Shown here: piece by piece, positions 36,840 to 44,801 of the stretch | Layout: each line of letters opens with the position of its first letter | How positions within the stretch are numbered: position 1 is the stretch's first letter | From: Candidatus Flemingiibacterium merdigallinarum | Lineage (GTDB): Bacteria; Bacillota; Clostridia; Oscillospirales; CAG-272 | DNA length: 64,000 nucleotides | Reading direction: 5' to 3' | Assembly (NCBI GenBank): GCA_904386005.1 | Contig: CAJFKR010000001.1 | Span: forward strand, 139,525-203,524 | Program-made: the position numbers and the translations under genes | The notes under the pieces: generated by a model | What the model saw: only the letters and a program-made list of their open reading frames with translations | What the model was told of the DNA's origin: nothing | Database searches by the model: none

Positions 36840-37193
36840 TCACTCCTCGCTGATTTCCTTTGCCAGCTCCATTATATCAAACGCGTATTTGCGCTTGCCT
36901 TTTTCGAGCAACCGCTTGTAGATCGGATAGTTGAAGCCCATGCCCGCGAAGCCGATAAGTCCGATTATTACGCCGAGGATAAACATTGCCGCGCTTCCGT
37001 CGCCGATAACCTCCATCGCAAGGCACATTCCGACTCCGGTGACGAGTGACGAAACAATTCCGAACGTGTAGCTGAAAATTGTCGACGGCAGCTTTGCCTC
37101 AGCGTCGAGCTTGCGCAGCGCGACAACCTTGGAATCTCTCTTGGGCGCGTATTCGTTGGCGAGATGCTCCGCGTAAATCTTATCTGTGTTCAT
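36840..37193 (-). CDS. Small membrane protein (two TM helices), first gene of the TetR operon
   Basis: AGGAGG RBS before ATG 37193. Hydrophobic core IFSYTFGIVSSLVTGVGMCLAMEVIGDGSAAMFILGVIIGLIGFAGM. Confidence 0.55.
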   Translation of the reverse strand: MNTDKIYAEHLANEYAPKRDSKVVALRKLDAEAKLPSTIFSYTFGIVSSLVTGVGMCLAMEVIGDGSAAMFILGVIIGLIGFAGMGFNYPIYKRLLEKGKRKYAFDIMELAKEISEE

Positions 37194-37268
37194 GTTTGTT
37201 TGCCTCCTGTTATTTTGTGATTACAGTATACCACAAAATAAAGTCGGACTGAACAACACAAATTATAA

Positions 37269-37344
37269 TTTGTGTTGACACAAATCATGATTTGTGTTGA
37301 CACAAACGGCGATATGTGTTGACACAAACGGCGATATGTGTTGA
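37269..37344. promoter_or_regulatory. Array of 3.5 near-palindromic 16-bp boxes (TTTGTGTTGACACAAA) phased every 22 bp; putative TetR operator array
   Basis: Boxes at 37269..37284, 37291..37306, 37313..37328, and a partial one at 37337..37344. They lie 76-150 nt upstream of ATG 37193. Confidence 0.6.
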
Positions 37345-37426
37345 ATTGAGGCGGCGCGGCGAAAATATCCGGTCAGATTGCGTCCGAGCCGATTTTGGCA
37401 GGCGGTATCGCGGCGGCTGTGGTTCT

Positions 37427-38962
37427 TTACTGCCCGAACTTGAGCTTCGCGAGACCTCCCTCGGCGGTCTCCTTGTATTGGCGCGAAATGTCGAGTCCGG
37501 TCTCCTTCATCACGTGTATGACCTTGTCGAGCGAAATTTTGCGCGAGTCGACGAGGAAGCTCGCGAGGCTGACCGCGTTTATCGCGCGCATTGCCGCGAC
37601 CGCGTTGCGCTCGATGCAGGGGATCTGCACAAGCCCGCATATCGGGTCGCAGGTCAGACCTAAGTGGTGCTCGATGGCGATTTCGGCGGCGTATTCAATC
37701 TTGTCGAGGTCGAGTCCGAACAGCTCGGCGAGCGACGCCGCGGCCATCGCGCAGGCTGAGCCGATCTCCGCCTGACAGCCGCACTCGCTGCCCGATATCG
37801 ACGCGTTCGTCTTGATGAGGTTGCCGACGACACCGCCCGCCGCGAGCGCGCGCAGTATCTCCATATCGGTATAGTCGCGCTTCTTCTGCTGATAGTATAA
37901 AACCGCCGGCAAAACTCCCGACGAGCCGCAGGTCGGCGCGGTGACTATCGTCTCGGCGCAGGCGTTCTGCTCGCTGACCGCGAACGCGTAAGCGCAGACC
38001 ATGCGGTTCTCGCGCGTCTCGGCACTCTCGTCTATATGCTCGCGGCATAAAAGCTGCTTTGCCTTTTTCTGCACGCCGAGTCCGCCCGGGAGTATGCCCT
38101 CGTCGGCGAGTCCGCGCTCAATGCTCGCTTTCATGCCGCGCCAGATTTCGGAGAGGTAGTCCCAGATGCCGCTGCCCTCGGCGCGCTCGACATACTGCCA
38201 GAGCCGCAGATTGTTCGCGCGGCACTCCTTCGCTATCTTCTCGAACGACGATACCGGATAGACGTCGGGCGGCTCGGGCAGCAGGTATTTGTCGTTCTCG
38301 AATCTTCCTCCGCCGGTGCTGACAACGCGGATGCGGTCAATCTGTGCGCCTTGTCTGAACGCGATCATGTCCATTGTGTTCGGGTGCGGCAGGTCAAGCT
38401 CGGTCGTGTTGAAAATGATATCGCAGCTGACCGGCGCCAATGTGGCTTTGATTACCCGGTCGGTGCCGTGACCGATTCCGGTCTTGGCGAGCGAGCCGTA
38501 GAGTATCACCTTGAAACGGTCGGCGGTCGGGTTCTTCTCGCGGAACATACGCGACGCGCGTTCGGGCGCTATAGTGTGCGAGCTCGAGGGTCCGCGCCCG
38601 ACGAGGTATAGCTCGGTCAGCGATTTCATACCGGTGGGAGAGGGCTCATCTCTGATTTCAGATTGCAGCTCGCTGCCGAAAAAGTAATCGACCGGAACAT
38701 TGAAGATTTTCGCGAGCTTATACACATTCTCGGTTGACGGCAGCGCGAGTCCGGTCTCCCATTTCGAGACGGCGCGGTTGCTGACGCCGAGCCGCTCGCC
38801 GAGCTCTCGCTGTGTGATGCCGCTGCGTCTGCGCAGCGCGGCGAAGGTCTTAGCAAAGGCTGTGTCTTTAGCAAAGGCTGTGTCTTTAGCAAAGGCTGTG
38901 TCTTTAGCAAAGGTTTCGCCTTTAGCAAAGGCTTTGCCTTTGGCAAATTCGTTTTCGTTCAT
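37427..38962 (-). CDS. XRE-type HTH domain fused to single-chain iron-sulfur L-serine dehydratase (beta + alpha domains)
   Basis: HTH ITQRELGERLGVSNRAVSKWETG. Dehydratase motifs GRGPSSSHT and APTCGSSGVLPAVL. N-terminal FAK-type hexapeptide repeats. Confidence 0.85.
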   Translation of the reverse strand: MNENEFAKGKAFAKGETFAKDTAFAKDTAFAKDTAFAKTFAALRRRSGITQRELGERLGVSNRAVSKWETGLALPSTENVYKLAKIFNVPVDYFFGSELQSEIRDEPSPTGMKSLTELYLVGRGPSSSHTIAPERASRMFREKNPTADRFKVILYGSLAKTGIGHGTDRVIKATLAPVSCDIIFNTTELDLPHPNTMDMIAFRQGAQIDRIRVVSTGGGRFENDKYLLPEPPDVYPVSSFEKIAKECRANNLRLWQYVERAEGSGIWDYLSEIWRGMKASIERGLADEGILPGGLGVQKKAKQLLCREHIDESAETRENRMVCAYAFAVSEQNACAETIVTAPTCGSSGVLPAVLYYQQKKRDYTDMEILRALAAGGVVGNLIKTNASISGSECGCQAEIGSACAMAAASLAELFGLDLDKIEYAAEIAIEHHLGLTCDPICGLVQIPCIERNAVAAMRAINAVSLASFLVDSRKISLDKVIHVMKETGLDISRQYKETAEGGLAKLKFGQ

Positions 38963-39003
38963 TGTATGGTTTCCGGCAGCTGCCGGCAGTTTCTCCTTAT
39001 ATA

Positions 39004-39912
39004 TTACGGCTGTTTTAGCTTTGATAGTATATGTGTATACAAATCGTCGACCGATTCAAGCTCACTTTGCGGCAGGATACGCTGTCTGACGATATCTCCG
39101 CCGAAATCGTGTATCAGCAGTCCGTCGACAATCATCTGCGCAAGCGATTCGGGCGGCATATCGCCGAAATATCCGCGGATTAGGTCGCCCTCGAGTCTGA
39201 ACAATTCGGTGGCAATCAACGCCTGCTCGTAGAATTTCGGGGCTTTGACCGCGTCGGCGAAGTCGATGACGCGGAGGTTTCCATCTCGGTCGACGAGGAT
39301 GTTGTCCGAATTGAGGTCGCCGTGGACGAACACGCGCGCCGAGGTGTCGAGCCGGTCGATATACGCGCGGCGGTCGGCGCGGAAGCTCTCGGTGTAGCAG
39401 TCCCAGCGGCGCGAGCGCTCGGGGTCGTTAATGATGTCGACCGAGTTGAAGTCGGGCGCGGGCTGGTTCATGCGGTCGGTGAGCTCTCTCAGCGACGCGG
39501 CAAGTCCGCGCTTTTTTTCGGGGTGGTCATGAATATAGCTGTCGAAGTCGATTCCGTCGATATATTCGCTGACGATATACACGAAACGGTAGCGGTCGCT
39601 GACCTCGCCGCTCGCGACGATACGCGGAGTCGGCACGTCATGCTCGCGCGCGAAGCGTTCGGCGAACAGCTCGGTCGACATATCGGACACGCAGTCGACG
39701 CCGCTCTCGATCGGGGCGTAGATTTTGACGACATACCTGCCTATTCTGAACACGGCGTTAGTGCCGGGCGTCAGCTTTTCGGGCGGGGTATAGTCGAGCC
39801 GTTCGCGGTCGAAGATATATTCGGCGAGCGGCGCGAACGCGTCGGGCGAGTTGAACACACGTCCCCAGTCAGCCCAGCTCGCGATGCTGAAGTTGAAAAG
39901 ATATTCGCTCAA
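39004..39912 (-). CDS. Aminoglycoside/choline-kinase-like phosphotransferase family protein
   Basis: Catalytic loop VFVHGDLNSDNILV and the IDFADA motif. Confidence 0.75.
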   Translation of the reverse strand: MSEYLFNFSIASWADWGRVFNSPDAFAPLAEYIFDRERLDYTPPEKLTPGTNAVFRIGRYVVKIYAPIESGVDCVSDMSTELFAERFAREHDVPTPRIVASGEVSDRYRFVYIVSEYIDGIDFDSYIHDHPEKKRGLAASLRELTDRMNQPAPDFNSVDIINDPERSRRWDCYTESFRADRRAYIDRLDTSARVFVHGDLNSDNILVDRDGNLRVIDFADAVKAPKFYEQALIATELFRLEGDLIRGYFGDMPPESLAQMIVDGLLIHDFGGDIVRQRILPQSELESVDDLYTHILSKLKQP

Positions 39913-40084
39913 ATGAGACTCACCCCCCTCGACATAAATTTTGTATTATCGTGTATTTGCTTGCTGCGTCGGTTCATAGTACTATTGTACCACATTTCGC
40001 TCGGGATTACAACAAGAATTTTCGATGTGATAATATTAACGTAAAAATAGAAGCAGGGAGAGTTTCCTCTCCCTGTAAATATTG

Positions 40085-41626
40085 TTATTCGTCGTCGTCG
40101 ATCGAGGTCTTGGAGCGGACGAGCACCTTCTGCTCGTAGCAGGAGAATATCGAGTCGACGTCGTTTTTAGGCTTTGGCGTCAGGTAGCTGACTATCGGTA
40201 CAATGATGAGACCGAGTGTCATCGCGATTGCGCCGGCGTTTATCGGCGAGTCGATGAAGCCGATGAACATATTCGAAACGGTCAGTCCGACGCCGGTTAT
40301 AAAGCAGACCCAGACCGCGGCTTTCGTGACGCGCTTCATGTACAGACCGTACAGGAACGGCGCGAGGAAGGCTCCGGCGAGCGCGCCCCACGAGATGCCC
40401 ATCAGCTGCGCGATGAACGCGTTCGCCGAGTGGTACTGCATAATCGCGATGACCGCGGATATGACTATAAACACCGCGACAAGTATACGAATCGACAAGA
40501 GCTGCTTCTTTTCACTCATGTTCTTTATAATGCTGCCGCGCAGCAGGTCGAGCGTCAGCGTCGAGCTCGAGGTCAAAACGAGCGACGAAAGCGTCGACAT
40601 CGAAGCCGAAAGCACAAGGATTATGACAATGCCTATGAGTATATCCGGCAGGGTCTCGAGCATGGACGGGATGATCGAGTCGTAGACCGGCGCGCCGTTA
40701 TTGTATTCGACAACGTCGCCGAACAGTCTGCCGAAGCCGCCGAGGAAGTAGCTGCCGCCCGCGACCACGAACGCGAACAGCGTCGAGATGATCGCGCCCT
40801 TCTTGATGTCGTTCTCATGCTTTATCGAGTAGAATTTCTGCACCATCTGCGGCAGTCCCCATGTGCCGAGCGACGTCAGTATAACGACTCCGAGCAGTCC
40901 GAGCGGGTCGGGACCGAAGAACGAGGAGTACGCGCCCTGCATATTCGCCGCTGTGCCGGTCGCCTCGGACGGTATCTGCGAAAGCGAGGTCATAGCCTCC
41001 ATGAAGCCGCCCTTGCCCGAAAGCACCGCGCCGATTACCGCGCAGATGCCGACCAGCATTATTATTCCCTGAAGGAAGTCGTTTATAGCCGTGGCTGTGT
41101 AGCCGCCGAGGATTACGTACACCGCGGTCAGCGCCGCCATCGCGAGCACACACCAGGTGTAGTCGATACCGAACGCCATGCCGAACAGACGCGAGAGTCC
41201 GTTGTAAACCGACGCGGTATAGGGAATGAGGAACACGAACGTGATTATCGCCGCCGCGATTTTGAGCGGCTTTGAGTCGAAGCGTTTTTCGAAGAATTCA
41301 GGCATAGTGCTGGCGTCGAGGTGATGAGTCATTACCCGCGTGCGTCTGCCGAGGATGACCCAGGCAAGCAGACTGCCGATGAGCGCGTTGCCGACGCCGA
41401 TAAAGGTAGAAGCGATGCCGTACTTCCAGCCGAACTGTCCCGAATAGCCGACGAAAATGACGGCCGAGAAGTATGAGGTGCCGTACGCGAACGCGGTCAG
41501 CCAAGGTCCGACTGAGCGTCCGCCAAGCACAAAGCTGTTGACACTGGTCGCGCGCCTACGGCAGTATATGCCGACCGCTACCGTCATGGCTACAAATATC
41601 AGTATCATCAGGATTTTTGCAAACAT
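40085..41626 (-). CDS. Sodium:solute symporter (SSF) family transporter
   Basis: About 13 TM segments and an SSF-like N-terminus (FVLGGRSVGPWLTAFAYGTSYFSA). AAAGGAA RBS before ATG 41626. Confidence 0.85.
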   Translation of the reverse strand: MFAKILMILIFVAMTVAVGIYCRRRATSVNSFVLGGRSVGPWLTAFAYGTSYFSAVIFVGYSGQFGWKYGIASTFIGVGNALIGSLLAWVILGRRTRVMTHHLDASTMPEFFEKRFDSKPLKIAAAIITFVFLIPYTASVYNGLSRLFGMAFGIDYTWCVLAMAALTAVYVILGGYTATAINDFLQGIIMLVGICAVIGAVLSGKGGFMEAMTSLSQIPSEATGTAANMQGAYSSFFGPDPLGLLGVVILTSLGTWGLPQMVQKFYSIKHENDIKKGAIISTLFAFVVAGGSYFLGGFGRLFGDVVEYNNGAPVYDSIIPSMLETLPDILIGIVIILVLSASMSTLSSLVLTSSSTLTLDLLRGSIIKNMSEKKQLLSIRILVAVFIVISAVIAIMQYHSANAFIAQLMGISWGALAGAFLAPFLYGLYMKRVTKAAVWVCFITGVGLTVSNMFIGFIDSPINAGAIAMTLGLIIVPIVSYLTPKPKNDVDSIFSCYEQKVLVRSKTSIDDDE

Positions 41627-41649
41627 ACGAACATTCCTTTCGAGATATT

Positions 41650-41980
41650 TTCGAAAGGGCAAAAGAAAACGCCCTTCCGTAATCGTAATTACAGAGGACG
41701 AATAAATCGTGTTACCACCTCAGTTCGCCTGCCCCTCACGAGACAGACCTCAGAAAGTACTGGACAGACGTGCGCACGCGTCCACATACTCGGCGCCAGA
41801 TAACGGCGGCGTTCCGTTACCGCTTAATTGTACAGGCAAATGAGCCCTTCCGTTCGCAGTACAGCTCTCGGGATGTAATATTACTCTGCGATGCTCCGCG
41901 CCTCTCACCAACCGGCGGCTCTCTGTGGTATCGCGTGCGAGTATATCCGGACAAATCCGGTTCCCGGTCACAGCTTTTAT
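41650..41980 (-). promoter_or_regulatory. T-box riboswitch leader
   Basis: On the minus strand: Stem I AG-box plus distal loop AGAGAGCCGCCGGTTGGTGAGAGGCG, F-box CCGTTA, AGTA box, and T-box core AACTGAGGTGGTAACACG (plus coordinates about 41708..41725). Confidence 0.7.
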
Positions 41981-41986
41981 ATTTTT

Positions 41987-42015
41987 ATTATATCACCATA
42001 TTGAAGCTTTGTCAA
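41987..42015 (-). promoter_or_regulatory. sigma-A promoter of the T-box leader (TTGACA-17-TATAAT, exact)
   Basis: On the minus strand, TTGACA is at 42010..42015 and TATAAT at 41987..41992. Confidence 0.65.
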
Positions 42016-42166
42016 TAGTTATTTGCAAAAAAATGAAAATTTTGTCTTAAGCGGGCGACCCGACGCGGTCTCAGCCAAGACCGCGAATAAGCGGAGCTCG
42101 AGCGGTTATACTATGGATGATTCGGCAAAGCTCTGCCGAAAATCATTATTTGAAAGGTTTGTATAT

Positions 42167-43231
42167 ATGAAAGGTTACGCAATGCTCGGAATCGGGCGCA
42201 CCGGCTGGATCGAAAAGAATACGCCCGAGTGCGGACCGCTCGACGCGCTCGTGAAGCCGCTCGCGGTCTCGCCCTGCACGTCCGACATACACACGGTCTG
42301 GGAGGGGGCGATAGGCGACCGGCACGACATGATTTTAGGTCACGAGGCGGTCGGCGAGGTCGTGTCTGTCGGTTCGCTCGTGCGCGATTTCAAGCCGGGC
42401 GACCGGGTATTAGTTCCGGCGATCACCCCCGACTGGGGAAGTCTCGAAGCCGAGGCCGGCTTCTCAATGCATTCGGGCGGTATGCTCGCCGGCTGGAAAT
42501 TCTCGAACTTCAAGGACGGCGTGTTCGCCGAGTGCTTCATGGTCAACGAAGCCGACGCGAATCTCGCGCTGCTGCCTGACGGCGTAGACATAGCGTCCGC
42601 GGTCATGCTGTCGGACATGGTGCCGACCGGATTCCACGGCGCGGAGCTCGCGCGTGTTCAGTATGGCGAGAGCGTCTGCGTCATCGGTATCGGACCGGTC
42701 GGTCTTATGTCGGTAGCGGCGTCGGCGCTGCGCGGAGCGGGACGGATATTCGCGGTCGGCTCGCGGCCGAGGTGCGTCGACGCGGCGAAGCAATACGGCG
42801 CGACCGACATCATAAACTACCGCGACGGCAGCATATCCGAGCAGATAGCCGCGCTGACGGGCGGCCGTGGCGTCGACAAGGTCATTGTCGCCGGCGGCGA
42901 CAATGACACGTTCATCGACGCGGTTAAAATCTGCGCGCCGGGCGGTATCATCGGCAACGTGAACTACCTCGGCAGCGGCGACTATGTAAAGATTCCGCGC
43001 GTCGAATGGGGCTGCGGAATGGGTCACAAGACGATAGCCGGCGGTCTGATGCCTGGCGGCAGACTGAGAATGGAGCGGCTCGTGTCACTGCTAAAATATG
43101 GCAGACTCGACACGTCGATACTGCTGACTCACCGCTTCGACGGCTTTTCGCACATCGAGGACGCGCTGTTTTTGATGCGCGATAAGCCGCGCGACCTCAT
43201 CAAGCCGGTCGTAATGATAGAGTCGGACTGA
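42167..43231 (+). CDS. Zinc-dependent, NADP-type (secondary) alcohol dehydrogenase
   Basis: MKGYAMLGIGRTGWIEK...CTSDIHTVWEGA...LGHEAVGEVVSVG and GIGPVGLM. Start moved to ATG 42167. Confidence 0.88.
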   Translation: MKGYAMLGIGRTGWIEKNTPECGPLDALVKPLAVSPCTSDIHTVWEGAIGDRHDMILGHEAVGEVVSVGSLVRDFKPGDRVLVPAITPDWGSLEAEAGFSMHSGGMLAGWKFSNFKDGVFAECFMVNEADANLALLPDGVDIASAVMLSDMVPTGFHGAELARVQYGESVCVIGIGPVGLMSVAASALRGAGRIFAVGSRPRCVDAAKQYGATDIINYRDGSISEQIAALTGGRGVDKVIVAGGDNDTFIDAVKICAPGGIIGNVNYLGSGDYVKIPRVEWGCGMGHKTIAGGLMPGGRLRMERLVSLLKYGRLDTSILLTHRFDGFSHIEDALFLMRDKPRDLIKPVVMIESD

Positions 43232-43254
43232 ATCAGGCATACAGTAAATACAGA

Positions 43255-43295
43255 ACGCGCGGTATCACACAAAGGTTTGATACCGCGCGTTTTTG
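43255..43295 (+). terminator. Rho-independent terminator
   Basis: 13-bp stem acgcgcggtatca/tgataccgcgcgt followed by TTTT. Confidence 0.7.
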
Positions 43296-43486
43296 CGCTT
43301 TATTTAAGCTCGCCGTCGCGTATGTGCAGTTCACGTGAACACTGTTTTGCTATCGCGTCATCGAGCTGCTCCGATACGCCGAGCGATTCGGCAGTGCCAG
43401 AGAGCTGGCTTTCGTCCGGCTTCTTGTCCTTGAGCAGCCGGTATCGCGATATTTTCACGCGGTGAGTATTGGCAAAATATAAGAGT

Positions 43487-44089
43487 CTATATAAAGAAAT
43501 GTTTATAATCATTTCCATGGCTTTCGCGCGGAGAGAGCTTCCTTTTATACTTTCCTCCCAAGTCCTCCATGAATCCCATTCCGATAAGATCATGCTTTAC
43601 CGTGCAGTAATCGTCGTATATCTCGGAAATCAGAGCGACGACCTCTTTTTCGGTATAAACTCGATTTGGCTCGAATTTTTCGGCTATGTGACCGATAATT
43701 ATTTCACGTTTTTTGATCTGTGTGGGAAGGTGTGTCAGTTTCCCATACGCAAAAAATCTGTCAATGATTTTTTGCTCGTAGCTATCGTAGCTGTCAGGCT
43801 CTATCGTCGCGCGGATAAGGTCACTGATTTTTTTGTCCATCAGCTCATAATTGATTGAATATATGGTGTAGTGCTGAATTTTGGTTGATAAAACTATCCC
43901 CGCCTTTTCAAGTTTGTCCATATGGTATGATACGGTGGGAGCAGTCAGATTGAGCTTTGCGGACAGATATTCGGTGTAGCTGTCCTTTTCAAACAGGATG
44001 CTTAAAATTTTCAGCCTTGACTCGTCCGCCAGCGCCTTGAAAATCGCGGTCTCCGCGGTTTCGACAGTCTTTTTAGGCATTATTGACAC
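43487..44089 (-). CDS. ArsR-family HTH regulator fused to a DUF2087 domain
   Basis: ALADESRLKILSILFEKDSYTEYLSAKLNLTAPTVSYHMDKLEKAGIV, with a DUF2087-like C-terminal half. Confidence 0.75.
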   Translation of the reverse strand: MSIMPKKTVETAETAIFKALADESRLKILSILFEKDSYTEYLSAKLNLTAPTVSYHMDKLEKAGIVLSTKIQHYTIYSINYELMDKKISDLIRATIEPDSYDSYEQKIIDRFFAYGKLTHLPTQIKKREIIIGHIAEKFEPNRVYTEKEVVALISEIYDDYCTVKHDLIGMGFMEDLGGKYKRKLSPRESHGNDYKHFFI

Positions 44090-44573
44090 CTCCTACACTC
44101 TGCCACCACTTGTCCCATTCCGACAAAAGCTCGGTAAGTGTGTCAATAATGATACTGCATTCAAAGATCGCCTCGACCGAGTTTGACAGCTTGGCAAGCT
44201 CCAATTCCTCGACCCTATGGTCTAAAAAGGCGGAGTGTATCATCTGAACGGCGTGCGCGTATACCAAAAACGCTTCTTTGCGGTCGACGTCGCTTTCATT
44301 ATCATACCAAGTCTTATACTCGGAAAAATACATTTTCCGAGAGTTTCTGAAAACTCTGTTTTCACGCAGGCTGTAATACTTTTCGCCATATGGCGGTTGA
44401 GAGAAGCTCATATTAACCATCTTCTGCGACTGCTCGATCATTGACAGCGATATTTTATACGCCTTGATAGCGGTTTTCTGCCGCGCGTCAACCTTACTCA
44501 TAGCATCGCTTGTCTTTGAACGCAGCTTTTCGGCGATCAAAAGCAGCTCACGCTCTACATCCTGTCCTGTCAT
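44073..44573 (-). CDS. Hypothetical protein (helical, no recognised family), translationally coupled to the ArsR/DUF2087 gene
   Basis: 166-aa ORF whose 3' end overlaps the next start by 17 nt. GGAGCGAAAA RBS-like sequence. Confidence 0.5.
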   Translation of the reverse strand: MTGQDVERELLLIAEKLRSKTSDAMSKVDARQKTAIKAYKISLSMIEQSQKMVNMSFSQPPYGEKYYSLRENRVFRNSRKMYFSEYKTWYDNESDVDRKEAFLVYAHAVQMIHSAFLDHRVEELELAKLSNSVEAIFECSIIIDTLTELLSEWDKWWQSVGGVNNA

Positions 44574-44801
44574 GTGTTTTCGCTCCTTTATAATTTACTT
44601 AGATAAATATCTAAGTAAATTATATCACATCACAAACGAACTGTCAAGATTTTTTATGTTTTTTTATTGGCAGATTGAAAAATGAAATTGCACTATCCAA
44701 ACTGATAAAAAGTTTTCATAAAAAGAGTATGGGAGATTATTGACATATTTGCATTGATGTGATATAATAATAAAAATCCGTTTATCGGGAGGTGGCGTAC
44801 A

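Noticed and set aside
37275-37326. The three plus-strand TTGACA hexamers inside the operator boxes, considered as promoters for a plus-strand transcript.
   Set aside because: No suitably spaced -10 element follows any of them, and there is no plus-strand gene downstream because 37427..38962 is on the minus strand. They are better explained as part of the palindromic operator.
43300-43593. 97-aa ORF overlapping the 3' end of the ArsR/DUF2087 gene, considered as a small gene or a frameshifted C-terminal extension.
   Set aside because: It has no RBS and no recognisable motif, and it overlaps a well-supported CDS. I cannot tell a real extension from chance using the sequence alone.
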